NCBI RefSeq assembly: GCF_001194135.2
Contig: NC_068998.1
Coordinates: forward strand, 5,773,492 to 5,837,491
DNA length: 64,000 nt
Direction of reading: 5' to 3'
Source of the DNA: Octopus bimaculoides
Taxonomy: Eukaryota
Part shown: piece after piece, positions 28,005 to 40,655 of the stretch
How the letters are laid out: each line of letters starts with the position of its first letter
Position numbering within the stretch: position 1 is the stretch's first letter
Position numbers and translations under genes: made by a program
The notes under the pieces: model-generated
The model's database searches: none
What the model saw: the letters and a program-made list of their open reading frames with translations, nothing else
Told to the model about the DNA's origin: nothing

Positions 28005-28733
28005 GGTCTTGCTTTGATTTCCAATTCTGTTTTCATTTTAACAAGAATTTTTCTCGTATCTTGCCATCATTCTGTTATATTTACCATTTTACATCCTTTA
28101 GGTTCTGGAACATTCTTTAAGATTACCGAACCAATTCACAGATACCATCACCTCGAGCAAGTTGATCAAACCAGACTGCACAATCTTCTGTTGAAGTAAG
28201 GTTCTTTTCTGAAACTGTATTCGTTTTATTTTTCCTTCGCTCATCAATTAAGTTTGCAGATTCCTTTGTGATGTTAAAACCACCCTGACTAATGAATTTA
28301 TGACTAATGATTTAGCGGAATCAGCAGAGCATCAAACCAGCTGATTAAACAGTCCCTTGCATTTTACAGATGTCAGGCATAAGTCTTTATGTGGTTACTG
28401 AGCCTCCTAGAAATAGCAACCAAATCTAATTCTACATATTGGATAGTTATAGCTGGAAAGTCTTTCCCCATGTGCCTTCTCATTTAGGGGCTGCTGATGT
28501 GGTGGATGTTGGAGAGGGATTAAGCTAAGAACAACAGTGAATTCCCACTGGTGTTTTGTTAGCTTACACTCTTAATTTCAAATCCTTCCATGGCCAAATA
28601 TCTGACACCTGAAACGAGTAGTAGTGAGAGACCATTATTTTGATATCCTTTGCATTGCCTCAAGAATCACTATGCTGACAAAAAGGGTTTTCATTTTTTA
28701 AATAAAGGTTCTATGTTTCCTATAGTAGAAAGG

Positions 28734-28768
<35 letters not shown>

Positions 28769-29432
28769 CATCATCATTAAGGTGCCGAGTTTGCAGAATC
28801 ATTAGCACACCAGGTGAAATGCTTAGTGGTATTTTATCTGTCACTACGTTCTAAGTTCAAATTCCGCCGAGGTCGACTTTGCCTTTCATCCTTCCGGGGT
28901 CAGTTAAATAAGTACCAGTTCTGCACTGGGGTCGGTGTAATCAACTATGCCCTTCCCCTAAATTTCAGGCCTTGTGCCTACAGGAGAAAGGATTATCATT
29001 ATTACCTCAGCCTATGGTAGAAAGCATTATCATTATTTTCATCATTATTAATTGTTTGTTCATTTCTGTGTTTTTGTTTTTGTTTCAGAGCTTTTGGCCG
29101 CAACTTGAAAGATGGTTATTTTGAAATGATCCAAAATCAACTTCACACTTTATATTTGTCTGAAGAGTAAATATTGTGACCTTATTTTTTTACTTTCTCT
29201 CTCTCTATCTTTATGTAGTTTTCTGAATGTGGTGGTGTGTATGTGTGGGTATATGGAAATATAAATATGTGTGTGTATGAAAAGATGGATGTGTGTGTGT
29301 GTGTGTGGTAAGTAGCTTGCTTGCTAACTACATGGTTCTGGGTTCAGTGCCTCTGCGTGGCACCTTGGGCAAGTGTCTTCTACTATAGCCTTGGGTGTAA
29401 CTCTGCTAATTAGCTGCCTCATTTAATTATTT

Positions 29433-29469
<37 letters not shown>

Positions 29470-30608
29470 TATATGCGCATACATACATTATCTTTGTCTT
29501 CTCCTTTCAGTTACAGTGCGGCAGCCATTATCCTACACGAAAACAGCACCGACGTACCATACCTTGATAAATTCGCAGTATCACAGAAAGCACAGGTTTG
29601 TTCTCTCTTACCATTTCCTTTTTCTTTGGCATAAGGTTATTGATGTTTGGGAGAGGTGGAGTGGGGCTTGGGTTGACAGAACTGAGCCTGTGTAAATAAG
29701 CGATTGGTCTTTGCTCCATGGATATCGAAATGTTGACAGGGAAAAATCAACCTTCGCAGGAATAAAAACAATAACAAAACAAAAAGATGCAACACAGAAC
29801 AACAAGGCATTTGATTTCTTGCTGTTGTGCTTCTACATTTCCTAATCAGTAGCAGAGATATAATTCTGTCACTATGATTTTAAAGGAAGAATAAAAAACA
29901 GAATAATTGTTGAAGATTTGACTTCTATTTCTTGCAATCTCAGCGACTCTGCTGTTGCTTCACGGAAATTCCTGTAGAAGTTCGCTTCAATCTGTGTCTG
30001 CGCTGTAGAATTCTGTGGGAGAGTTTCATTGAAAGTTGTTTTTATCTGATGTTGTTTCTTATATTTCCCACTTGTCATGTTATTGTAGGGAGAAGGCACA
30101 GGGGAGATGTTGTGGGCGTGTGTACGACAAGATTTCAAACAGCTGTTTTGGCGATCCAGGGGAGATAACCCAATCAATCCATGGTATGTATTTTGTTATG
30201 CATTGAGAGTTGCTTCCCTTAACCATTTTTTTTACAGTAATTTTATTTTCACTTATTTTGTATATTTCATTTTATTCCTTTATTTTTTTTTCTGTTTCAG
30301 CCCTAAGGCTGTGGCCATGCTGGAGCAACTCTTTTTCATTTGATTATTGAAATGAAATTCTCTCTTTCTTAATTGTAGATGTGGAATATAATTTATTATA
30401 CGGTGTGCACACATTTATGTGTGTGTGTAATATTATATAAAGGTAAAATCCAAGGGTCAAAGTGTAGGAAGTTAATAGGCTTCGAGTAGTCCGTAGAAGG
30501 TATAAAAAAAACAACTTTCAGGAGCAATATGCCTATACTTTATAGTTATATATAGAAATAAGTTGTGTAACAGGGATTCAGACAATTGTAAGACTATCGC
30601 TGTAAGTT

Positions 30609-30642
<34 letters not shown>

Positions 30643-33600
30643 TACATATTTATATATGGGTGCAGGACGTCACTGACGGTGCAGATGACATGAAATACGT
30701 AAACAAACAAGTTAAATACGTAAACAACAAGAAGAAAATGGAAAACAGGACAAGTAAATATAGAGAAAGGACCCTTCATCAGTTGTCAGCTGTCTATCTA
30801 CTCCTCATTTCAAGCATTCAATGACAATATGAGTTATGAGTTTTCAAAGACAGTTGCTCTCATAAATTCTAAAATAAAATTTTGGATTTTTGGAGGGTCA
30901 AAGTTGGGAACAAAAACATGATGGTGGAGACATACAAGGAAACTGAAGGAAAACAAAGGTGGAGGGTTGATAGACCAGAACAAGAGGAAAATAGTGATCG
31001 GTGGGTTGTAAAAGTAAGACCCAGCGATCCAGGTGTAGGAAGTTAGTAAGCTTCAAGCCGTGCTCAAAAAGGAAGAAATATCTACTGGGGTCAATTCATT
31101 GAACTAAAATTCCACAAGATGATACTCCAGCATGGCCGCAGTCTAATGACTGAAACCAATAAAAGAGACGTGTCTACAATCCTTCTCTGTTTTCTTTTGC
31201 AGGTATTTTAAAAAATCAGAAGGGAGTTGGAGCAATGGGAAATGGACTGTTTTTTGGTAAGTAGCGGCAGCGAATTCTCTTCTTGTTGATGTCAGTTATT
31301 AATTATTTCTTAATTAGCTATGGTGTAAGGCAAGTATGGGCATCCTGTTTCAAGAAGCAGGCCACAAGAGACATGGTTCATCATCAGGTGGGCTACACTA
31401 CTAAAAAAATGAAACTGTTGGTAATTTTTTGTTAAGTGTGCCATTCAGAGAATCCTGTGGCCCACGGGCCGCAGATTGCCCCTGATTGATGTAGGAACTA
31501 GCCATTTGTCAAGCAGAGAGGACATTGGTCTACCAATTTGAAAGTTCAAAAGTTCATATCCTCTCACCAGTTTTGTGGCTAATGCCTCAGTGCTTACCTC
31601 TCGATGGCCCAGTCTACTGAGTTGTAAACACGCACCACAGTATGGTACAGTTCACTACTGCAGTAAGCAGGAGCAATGGGTGTGTGTGTAACTGATGCAT
31701 GTTGCAGTGGCTCATGACACTGAATTGAACTGTTAACAGGTAAGTAAATTCTCATTGCTGCATAAGCCTTCAAGGGCTTTTAAAGAGTGGCGCTTGGCTG
31801 CCACTCCATAGCATCGGACAGACGAATGATAACTATCTGCAAGGATAGGACACTAGTCTATCACAGCTAATGTTCCCAGATAACCTAGTACCTATTCCTT
31901 GATGCTGTGGTACCTAAACTTATACATGATGTGGTACCAGTTCACAGAGGATCTGCTACCTCTTGATGCTGTGGTATCTCTTCTCTGATAATCCGGTACC
32001 TTAATTTATGATGTGGTATGTGTTCCCAAATGATCTATTCCCTATTTTACTAGATGTTGTGATACTTCTCTGAGAATTTGGTACCTAAATGTTTGCATGA
32101 TCTGGTCTCTATGCCCTCAAGACCTGCTGCCTATTGTGAGATGATTGGTTCTCTGTTCTTGACAGTAAAGCTTCTGACATGGCATGATGTAGAGTCTGCT
32201 GTGTTTTCATTGGCTGTTCACTGTTCCCTTCTTGTCCAATGAAATCCACTGTTTGGCAGTGTTGTGATGACCAATAGCCAAGCAGCTTTTCTAGCCCAGA
32301 TGCTCTGGCTCTGTATCTCACTGCAGTTTGTAGGATTTGTCTTAATTAGGATTTCTTCATTCGTTAGTTCTTTTACGTTCGTTACTGTTTTATGTTCATT
32401 TTGTCATGTTTGTATGGGCGGGATGGCCTTTCTGTTGGCACCATTATTTTTACAGTTGCATGGATGCCCTTCCTACCACTAACCACTCGACCGTGAAGTA
32501 GGAGTGGAACAGGCAAACAAACTGGAGCAAGCAGAATAATAATAATGATAATAACAATAACGTGCCTTGCTCAAGGGGGCACAACACCGCTGTAGTCAGG
32601 TTTTGAACCCATGATCTTACAGTGGTCATCATCAGTCCAGCACCTTAACTGGTCACGGTAAGTGACGCAGAGTATTCTGTACGGACTGTCTTTTGTTAGT
32701 TACTAAACTCATCTATAATGAAACATCACCGACTAACATCTTAAAATATATGTGAATGTCTCGCATAAAATAAAATAAAATTGAATTAAATTAAAAAGCT
32801 GGAATTCAAACCCATTGTAGTTTTAAAAACTGTTACTTTGGTTCAAAATATTTTTTTTTTGTTTTTAAAAAAATAATTTAGTTTGACCCTTCACCTTTTT
32901 TTGTAGTCCACGCTCCACTGCCTCTGTCAGTATCGTGTAATATTTTCTAATCTCTAGAAATAAATTAAATTATTTTTTGTTTTTTTATATCCAACTAAAC
33001 ACAGATGCCTTGTTAGAACACCAAATATCGCATTATAAGCCTTGAAAGATCCTCTCATGCTTCTGTTGCTAATAATTAATTTTGTTTTCATTGTTTCCCC
33101 CACACGTCCACTTTGTTGGGTGGAATTTAGTAAAATGCTTGTAAGAAATTTTGTCACAAACATATTTGCCATAGGAAAATTCACTGTTGGAAATTTCATT
33201 TTAAATGACCTCATCACATTTTTTTTTTTTTTTTTAATGTTTGATGTTGTATAATGGCATCTTTATTTAATACTTTTATAAAACCTTTTATTATTCTTTG
33301 TTTATTTTTAAAAAACGATGATGTAATTTGCTTTATCATTGTCCATACAACAAATTTGTCTTACACTAAATTTTCCTATACAGTGAGTTTTCCGGACTCA
33401 TAAAATAACTTTTCCTTTTTTTATAAAGCTAGTATTAGAAACACTTCGAGGTTACTTGCATTGTGTCTTNNNNNNNNNNNNNNNNNNNNNNNNNNNNNNN
33501 NNNNNNNNNNNNNNNNNNNNNNNNNNNNNNNNNNNNNNNNNNNNNNNNNNNNNNNNNNNNNNNNNNNNNNNNNNNNNNNNNNNNNNNNNNNNNNNNNNNN

Positions 33601-36600
33601 NNNNNNNNNNNNNNNNNNNNNNNNNNNNNNNNNNNNNNNNNNNNNNNGAATGAGAGTTGCAATGGGATGCTGAATGTCAGATAATCAGTGTTGAATCAGA
33701 GATGCTGTGCCAAAAAGGTGGAACCAAAACAGTGGAACTCAGAACGTAAAGACAGATGAAATACCGCCAAGCATTTCGTTTCTAACGTTTCTGTTAGCTC
33801 ACCGCCTTAATTCATTCTAAATATTACATCAACTTCTATGCTGAAAAATACCATATTTCAATCACTGGTACCTTTCATCCATTAGTACCTTACAACACAC
33901 ACACATTCACATGCACACGCATACACACTTTAACCTGGATATTATAGAATTCATAGTCAAAGACCTCCTTCCTATTTTCTTCACATCGTCAATGCTGCCA
34001 TGATAGTAAAGATCCCTTGCCTTTACTCCCTACTAATTACCCTTTTTTCTTTTTTTCTTTTTTTTTTCCTTCTTTTCACTATCCTTCCCTTACTAAAACC
34101 CTCACTGCACCTCATTGAAACCTTGCCTAAATTTGTTGTCCTTTAGACCTTCCATACTTTCTATTGTTTATTTCTGTTCCAGTGAAAGCCATCTTTAAAT
34201 TTATAATCTGCTTTTTTTTCCTTTTCTTTTCTCTTATTTATTGCACTTATTGGGCTGTGGCCATGCTGGGGCACCACCTTGAAGGGTTTAGTCATACGAA
34301 TCAATGTCCATGCTTTTATTTTATTTTTAATTTTTAAAGTCTATCAGTTTCTTTTGCCAAACCACTAAGTTACGGTCAGACAAACCAAACATTGGTCGTT
34401 AAGTTGAGTGGGGTGACAAACATAAAGACACACACACACACACACACAACGGGCTTCCACACAGTTTCCGACTATCAAATTCACTTACAAAGCTTTGGTC
34501 AACCTGGGACTATAGTAGGAGAGACTTGCCCAAAGTGCTGCACAGTGGGATTGAACCTGAAATTACATGATGGCAAAACAAGCTTAACTGTTCTGTCATG
34601 TCTAATGTGATGTGGTGGAGAGGATCAAGGGAGAGAGAGAGAGGTTCTTCTCACTTCAGGTCTAGGTTTTTTGTGTGGTTGTTTTTCTCTTCCTTCCCTA
34701 TTATTGCCAGAAATCTGCTGCCCCTACTTGCTTTCCTGTCTTCCCCTCATTGTCATAAGACAATTGTCTAGCCCTGATGGTTATGGTTTTGCTTCCAAGG
34801 CATTTTCCAAATTCACTCTTGGAACTAAGGATGAGGCATTGATTTCTGCACCTATCCCTAGGGCTGCCCCACAAACAACATCCTCTGCGGTTTTAAACCT
34901 TTGTTGCTGTTCTTTTTTACCCTTCAGGTTCTGTAGCTCTTCTGGACAGGAAGCATTTAGGTGACTCTTACTTCCACATGTATAGCAGCTAGGCTTTGTG
35001 TTCTGAGCAACCAGTCAGTCACAAAGATCTCTATGACAGCACCCACAACAAGGCAGTACTCTGGAATCATTTTGAGGTCACAAAGACTTCATCAGTGTTT
35101 TCACCAGCTTCATTTTCTTTGCTTTTTAACATTCATTTTTCTATACTTGCATGAGCTGGATAAAGTTTATTGGAGCAGATTTTCTATGGCTGGATGCATT
35201 TCCTGTCACCCCCACCCCAACTGTTCATTTCCAAGCATGGTAATATTTCTTCATGGCTAGTCATTGTTGTCGAATATAGGAAATAAATGACACTATTTGT
35301 ATGACAGTGACAACCATTTTACAACCATCACATGGTGTCAACACATACTCACACACAGTGGCCGACTGGGTCTAAAAATATTGGTTGCCAGGAGACTAAG
35401 GGGGCCCACCTGCGACTACAATGCTATCATTTATTTATTTTTTTGTTAAAAATATTCTTTTCAACTGTCTACAAACACAGCCAGGCTGAAATAATTAATG
35501 CATTCATCCAGGAGTGAATAAAAAATTCTCAAATTTGACGGGATGGATTCTAATGGTGCAGGGGCCCAATTGTCATGGGGCAAGCTGGCAACCTGGCCAG
35601 TCTGCCACTGCTCATACAACATCATCATCATCATCATCATCATAATAATAATAATATCTAACGATTCTGCCAGCTCGCTGCCTTAATAATAATAATAATC
35701 CTTTCTACTAAAGGTACAAGGCCTGAATTTTTGGGGGAGGGGACCAGTCAATTACATTGACCCCAGTGTTCAACTGGTACTTAATTTATTGACCCCAAAA
35801 TTGATGGAAAGCAAAGTTGATCCCAGCAGAAATTTAACTCAGAACGTAAAGATGGATGCATTTGTCATTGATCCCAGTATTTGACTGGTACTTTTTTCAT
35901 TAATCCTAAAAGGATAAACGGTGTAATCAGTGTTGATAGAATTAAGATGCTTAGCATCATTCTGTCTGGTGTGCTAATGATTCTGCCAGTTCACCACCTT
36001 AATAATAATAATAATAATAATACCCTACAATCTAGATGTATTGCAAAAGTCGGCATTGCTTGGAACTGCACGCATATTGCATAAAGTACTGTCTGTCTGA
36101 GGTCCTTGTTGTGACTTGACAAACAGTACAAACCCTCTGGTAGACACGATGTTTTCAATCATCAACCTCACGATATTGTATGCTGTGCGTCTCTAATAAT
36201 GATGATGATGCCTGTCTGATTCCAGGATCATAAAGAAAGAGGAAGAAGAAAAAAATTACAATCCCTTAAAATTTGAAATAGGAAAAATTTGGAGCATGAG
36301 AAGAGTAAAGTGGGAGTGGACAGGTCGATTACATCACCCCCATTGCATAACTGGTACTTAATTTATCGACCCTGAAAGGATGAAAAGTAAAGTTGACCTT
36401 GGTGGAATGTGAATTCAGAACATAGACATGGACGAAATACTGCTAAGCATTTTGCCTGCCCAGCTAACAATTTAGCCAGCTTGCTGCCGTAATTAATGAT
36501 GATAATAATAATAATAATAATAGTAATGGCTTTGAATTTTCGCTCAAGTCCATCAATTTTAGTGAGAGATGTGGGGGTGGGGAGCACTGGTGGGGTTAGT

Positions 36601-36647
36601 TGATCACATCAAGTTGAAGTATTCGAACTCATTGTTGTAGTAGTTGA

Positions 36648-36681
<34 letters not shown>

Positions 36682-36857
36682 GTGATGATGATGTTGCATC
36701 ATGAATTTATCTTGTGTTTTTGTGTATTTTTGTTTTATTTTTTATTATCATTTCTGTTTGTTTTGGTCTCTTCTACAGGTACGGAATCCAGTACCACAAC
36801 ACGTCATCACTGCTTATAGATGTAGCTTTGGAAAAAGAAAGTTCTTTCACATCATAG
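13275..36857 (+). CDS. NAGS: N-acetylglutamate synthase, vertebrate-like (AAK + NAT domains); 14 coding exons, 552 aa
   Basis: Exons 13275-13543, 17157-17304, 18684-18800, 18982-19095, 19870-19991, 20532-20754, 26076-26156, 26287-26386, 28102-28195, 29089-29166, 29511-29595, 30089-30183, 31203-31256, 36779-36857. All have AG/GT borders, phases are consistent, total 1659 nt. Spliced motifs [55 protein letters not shown] and [24 protein letters not shown] are colinear with human NAGS. Confidence 0.95.
15385..15800 (+). mobile_element. hAT (Charlie-type) transposon 3' remnant in NAGS intron 1
   Basis: [27 protein letters not shown]...LKLTKL.PQIKNL..HKAQGSQ* is a hAT dimerisation-domain tail; TIR-like end AAAAGGTTGAGAAACAC at about 15781-15797. 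Confidence 0.75.
16563..16962 (-). mobile_element. tRNA-derived SINE family A, full-length copy
   Basis: Head gtggtaag...ggttcagtccca, body gtagacggaaactgaaagaagcc, tail cagtcaaatgactgaaacaag. Other copies near 3360-3545+, 5875-6076+, 11530-11700+, 13712-13870+, 14120-14370+, 21700-21890+, 29290-29400+, 31080-31168+, 55845-55985-. Confidence 0.85.
17157..17304 (+). CDS. NAGS: NAGS coding exon 2
   Basis: ttcctgcAG acceptor; ends TDLRRFLSE|GTGGGT (human RDIQAFLNQ). Confidence 0.9.
18684..18800 (+). CDS. NAGS: NAGS coding exon 3
   Basis: [39 protein letters not shown]; ccAG / GTAAGT. Confidence 0.95.
18982..19095 (+). CDS. NAGS: NAGS coding exon 4
   Basis: [23 protein letters not shown]...; acAG / GTAGGG. 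Confidence 0.95.
19440..19672. mobile_element. Degenerate TIR MITE; related partial copy at about 21535-21670 in opposite orientation
   Basis: Ends accctttggtgttca / taaacaccaaagttttaa; shared cctacaatgtcatt and ggcccaaata segments. Confidence 0.5.
19870..19991 (+). CDS. NAGS: NAGS coding exon 5
   Basis: [39 protein letters not shown]; gcAG / GTCAGT, phase 2. Confidence 0.93.
20532..20754 (+). CDS. NAGS: NAGS coding exon 6
   Basis: [33 protein letters not shown]...GGFLDEEGH; ccAG / GTAAGT. Confidence 0.95.
24785..25085 (-). mobile_element. tRNA-derived SINE family D, full-length
   Basis: Head with ttgtgtccttgagcaagacactt; body matches 4299-4475+; partial copies at 46430-46505- and 47245-47365-. 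Confidence 0.8.
26076..26156 (+). CDS. NAGS: NAGS coding exon 7
   Basis: [27 protein letters not shown]; acAG / GTAAGT. Confidence 0.95.
26287..26386 (+). CDS. NAGS: NAGS coding exon 8
   Basis: [33 protein letters not shown]; gcAG / GTAAGA, phase 1. Confidence 0.95.
26806..27150. mobile_element. Two SINE family A 5' halves in inverted orientation
   Basis: + copy 26806-26975 and - copy 27009-27150. Confidence 0.8.
28102..28195 (+). CDS. NAGS: NAGS coding exon 9
   Basis: [31 protein letters not shown]; ttAG / GTAAGG. Confidence 0.95.
28770..29000 (+). mobile_element. tRNA-derived SINE family B, near full-length
   Basis: gttcaaattccgccgaggtcgactttgcctttcatcc...aagtaccag...aggccttgtgcc. Other copies near 478-680+, 8578-9058-, 10492-10725+, 12870-13012-, 16290-16500+, 20275-20410+, 35655-36000-, 36320-36495-, 39715-39930-, 48500-48680+, 62615-62830+. 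Confidence 0.85.
29089..29166 (+). CDS. NAGS: NAGS coding exon 10
   Basis: [25 protein letters not shown]; tcAG / GTAAAT. Confidence 0.95.
29511..29595 (+). CDS. NAGS: NAGS coding exon 11
   Basis: [28 protein letters not shown]; tcAG / GTTTGT. Confidence 0.95.
30089..30183 (+). CDS. NAGS: NAGS coding exon 12
   Basis: [31 protein letters not shown]; gtAG / GTATGT. Confidence 0.95.
30655..30960 (-). mobile_element. Interspersed repeat also present at 22667-22850+
   Basis: Shared acaactgatgaa(a/g)ggtc...ttgtc(c/t)tgttttcca...tacgtattt...gacgtcc(t/c)g(c/t)accca(t/c)atat. Confidence 0.55.
31203..31256 (+). CDS. NAGS: NAGS coding exon 13
   Basis: [17 protein letters not shown]; gcAG / GTAAGT. 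Confidence 0.95.
34245..34590 (-). mobile_element. SINE family A, degenerate near-full copy
   Basis: ggccatgctggggcacc ... ttgcccaaagtgctgcacagtgggattgaacc. Confidence 0.65.
34650..35130 (-). mobile_element. Retroelement ORF1/gag remnant with a CCHC zinc knuckle (NAGS intron 13)
   Basis: [14 protein letters not shown] (CX2CX4HX4C) at 34987-34946 on -. Confidence 0.55.
36779..36857 (+). CDS. NAGS: NAGS terminal coding exon 14
   Basis: (W)[25 protein letters not shown] then TAG; ctacAG acceptor, phase 2 completes TGG. Confidence 0.88.
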
Positions 36858-36930
36858 GAGCAAGACAACGGAAAGGACAACAACACCAACAAAAACAACA
36901 AAGGCGAAAAGGAAAACCAATAAAGAAAAC

Positions 36931-36986
<56 letters not shown>

Positions 36987-37230
36987 CTGCAAAAGAAAAA
37001 AAACCCCAAAAACGTAAAGAAAAGGAAGAAACAAAGAATGCTTGATACAAAGAAATACTGCATTCTGGGAAATATCTTGGAGTTTTTGTTGTCTTTTTTG
37101 TTTATTGTTTTTTCCTTCCTACTTCCCCTTCCATGATGCTCCCACTGTCTGCATTATATAAGCAAAAATGTGTTGAGACATAACACACGCATACATGAAT
37201 ATGTGTGTATGGGTGTGTAAATTTTATATG

Positions 37231-37262
<32 letters not shown>

Positions 37263-38714
37263 AATGAGGAGAAAAATTTAAAATAAACAACCATAACAAG
37301 GAAACTGAATTATGGGAAATAACCTGTGTAGTTTACATATGTATATATTAAATATTTATGTATATACATACACATATAAATATATATATATATATATATA
37401 TGTGATATAAATGTATATACATATCCATATAAATATGTAGACATCATCTATCTATATATATGTATATGCATATACATATGTATATACATATCAATATATA
37501 TGTGTATATATATATATATATGTGTGTGTAGGTAAATATTTAAAACACATGAGAAAAAGTGAGCAAAAAAAACAAATATTACAAAAGTGAATTGAATTAT
37601 GGGAAAATAATATTTCGTATTCCGGAATCTTTTTCTTCTTTATTTTTTTCTTTTTGCTTTATTTTTTTTTCCATGGTTCTCTCCTCTGCAAGTCACACAA
37701 AGCATGTCACATACACNNNNNNNNNNNNNNNNNNNNNNNNNNNNNNNNNNNNNNNNNNNNNNNNNNNNNNNNNNNNNNNNNNNNNNNNNNNNNNNNNNNN
37801 NNNNNNNNNNNNNNNNNNNNNNNNNNNNNNNNNNNNNNNNNNNNNNNNNNNNNNNNNNNNNNNNNNNNNNNNNNNNNNNNNNNNNNNNNNNNNNNNNNNN
37901 NNNNNNNNNNNNNNNNNNNNNNNNNNNNNNNNNNNNNNNNNNNNNNNNNNNNNNNNNNNNNNNNNNNNNNNNNNNNNNNNNNNNNNNNNNNNNNNNNNNN
38001 NNGCAACAAACAAAAATAACAACAACAGTATATAATGATAATAATAATAACAACAACAATTGATAATAATGATGTGTGAAGGAAAGACAATGAACTATGG
38101 GATATAATGTGTTTTGGAATTTCATTTTTCTGGTGAACCTCTCTCTCTCTCTACACACACACACACACACACAAAAAAAAGTTAAAATGAGTAAATATAT
38201 GAGTATCAAGGGTTAATGATGGAGAGAGAGGAGAGAGAGTAAAGAAACGAATTATTGATACTCTTTTGTGTTATACACTCTGATGTCTGTGTGTATATAC
38301 ATATATATATATATATACATACACACACACACTCACAAACATCAAAACGTGTAGCTACATATATATATATATATGTATGTATGTGTACATATGTATACAC
38401 ACACACACATACAGATATGTACAGCACATATGTACACATACATACACAGGTACTCACACATGTATATATATACTCACAGGTACACACACACACACACGAA
38501 TATATTATAACTATGCATGGAAGAATCCTTGGTAGCTGTGTTAGTCTACAATTATGAGAGAATCTAATGGTGAATTCTTGAACACAGACCATTTTGTAAG
38601 CAAAGAGACCATTCAGATCCTTACACTGGATCATCAAAGTAAACCTTCTCCAAGGAGACGATGAGACACATTGGTGGTAACCATGTCATGTGAATATGAA
38701 TATAACTATATGTA

Positions 38715-38766
<52 letters not shown>

Positions 38767-40053
38767 GTGCATGGCATAATGGTTAAGTTGTTGCAATCAT
38801 GAACTCATGGTTTTGATTCCCAGAGTGGTGCTTTGTATTGCTATCTGACGCATGGCACACTTGTGCCATGCATACAGGCGATGTTGATTTGGTAGAAGGA
38901 ACGAGGTTATTTGAGCGCAAACATTTGATCGTTATAAACAAATCATNNNNNNNNNNNNNNNNNNNNNNNNNNNNNNNNNNNNNNNNNNNNNNNNNNNNNN
39001 NNNNNNNNNNNNNNNNNNNNNNNNNNNNNNNNNNNNNNNNNNNNNNNNNNNNNNNNNNNNNNNNNNNNNNNNNNNNNNNNNNNNNNNNNNNNNNNNNNNN
39101 NNNNNNNNNNNNNNNNNNNNNNNNNNNNNNNNNNNNNNNNNNNNNNNNNNNNNNNNNNNNNNNNNNNNNNNNNNNNNNNNNNNNNNNNNNNNNNNNNNNN
39201 NNNNNNNNNNNNNNNNNNNNNNNNNNNNNNNNNNNNNNNNNNNNNNNNNNNNNNNNNNNNNNNNNNNNNNNNNNNNNNNNNNNNNNNNATATATATATAT
39301 ATATATATATATACACATCTAGACACATATGCATTCACACATGCATGTATACATAGATACACACACATACACACGTGTTTCGTATTTTTGGACTATTATA
39401 ACACTCTCACTGTTACTACGGATGATTGGTTTTACATAAAACAATTCAAACTACAGATAACAGCATTCCCCATATATGGAAAGCACAACAACAGCTGAGA
39501 AAACAACCTAAGGACCGTTACGAACTTTTATTGGTAGTGACTAACGCTTGTCTCTCCCCCCCCCTCTGAATCACACAGCACGGCGGGCAGGGGGCCACTG
39601 AAGTTGCTCGACATAGCGGTTGACAAATTCCAGTTTTTTTGTTCAACTCCGGGGTATAAAATATTAAAAAAAATATAGCATGAACTTCTTCCTCACAACA
39701 GCAACAATGATAATCCTTTCTATTATAGACACAGTGTCTGAAATTTGAGGGGAGGGGCACTTGTTGATTACATTGACCCCCACCCCCACCATGGTTCAAC
39801 TGGCACTTATTTCATTGCTGAAGGATAAAACTGACCTTGGTGGAATTAGAACTCACAATATAAACACACATGAAATGCTGCTAGGCATGTCGTTTGGTGC
39901 GCTAACCATTCTGCCAGCTTACAACCTTACACAACAACAACAATAATAATAATAACTGACTGACCCTTCCCCTCGAAATTGCTGGCCTTGTGCATAAATT
40001 AGAAACAATTATTATAAAAAGTTTTGTTATATAATATATATATATATATATAC

Positions 40054-40218
40054 ACCGTATTTTAATGTGTATGAGGAAACCCTTAATTTATGGGGCTTAA
40101 AATTTGTAAAAAAAATTTGTAAGGGATTATAATACTATCCACGTATAATAAAATCCCATATTTTTTTAACCTAATTTTTGACAAAAAAGGGGTTCCTTAT
40201 ACACGTTAAAATGCGGTA
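40054..40218. mobile_element. Tc1/pogo-type MITE in TA context
   Basis: About 30-bp imperfect TIRs accgtattttaatgtgtatgaggaaaccc / ggggttccttatacacgttaaaatgcggt. Confidence 0.7.
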
Positions 40219-40603
40219 TATGTCTTACTATGCCTCCACAGCCCTTTTGTGGGCCCCAAATTTAGCTGTACTATTTTTACCTTTGTAAATTTGACATGGG
40301 AGAGACCTATGTGGTCCCTTCTTCCCTTGGTGCCTGCAATAGGTGCTACTTTGTTTATTGGTAAATCCGGTGTTCAACATGCATGTACATCTGTGTGTGT
40401 ATGTGTATATATATAGAGAGATACACACTCTCTCTATATGTGTACTTATATATACAGACATGTATGTAGTTATACACATACACTAATATACATGTTTGTG
40501 TGTGCGTGTGAAAGAGAGAGAGAGAGGGATGGAATGAGTTTCTTGAAAAAAAAACGTTTACTTGTTTACTACAGTAAATGTACATATGCTATGTATATAG
40601 ATA

Positions 40604-40655
<52 letters not shown>

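Noticed and set aside
31600-31746. Strong donor AACAG|GTAAGT in NAGS intron 13
   Set aside because: No matching acceptor or NAGS-like frame; exons 13 and 14 join cleanly.
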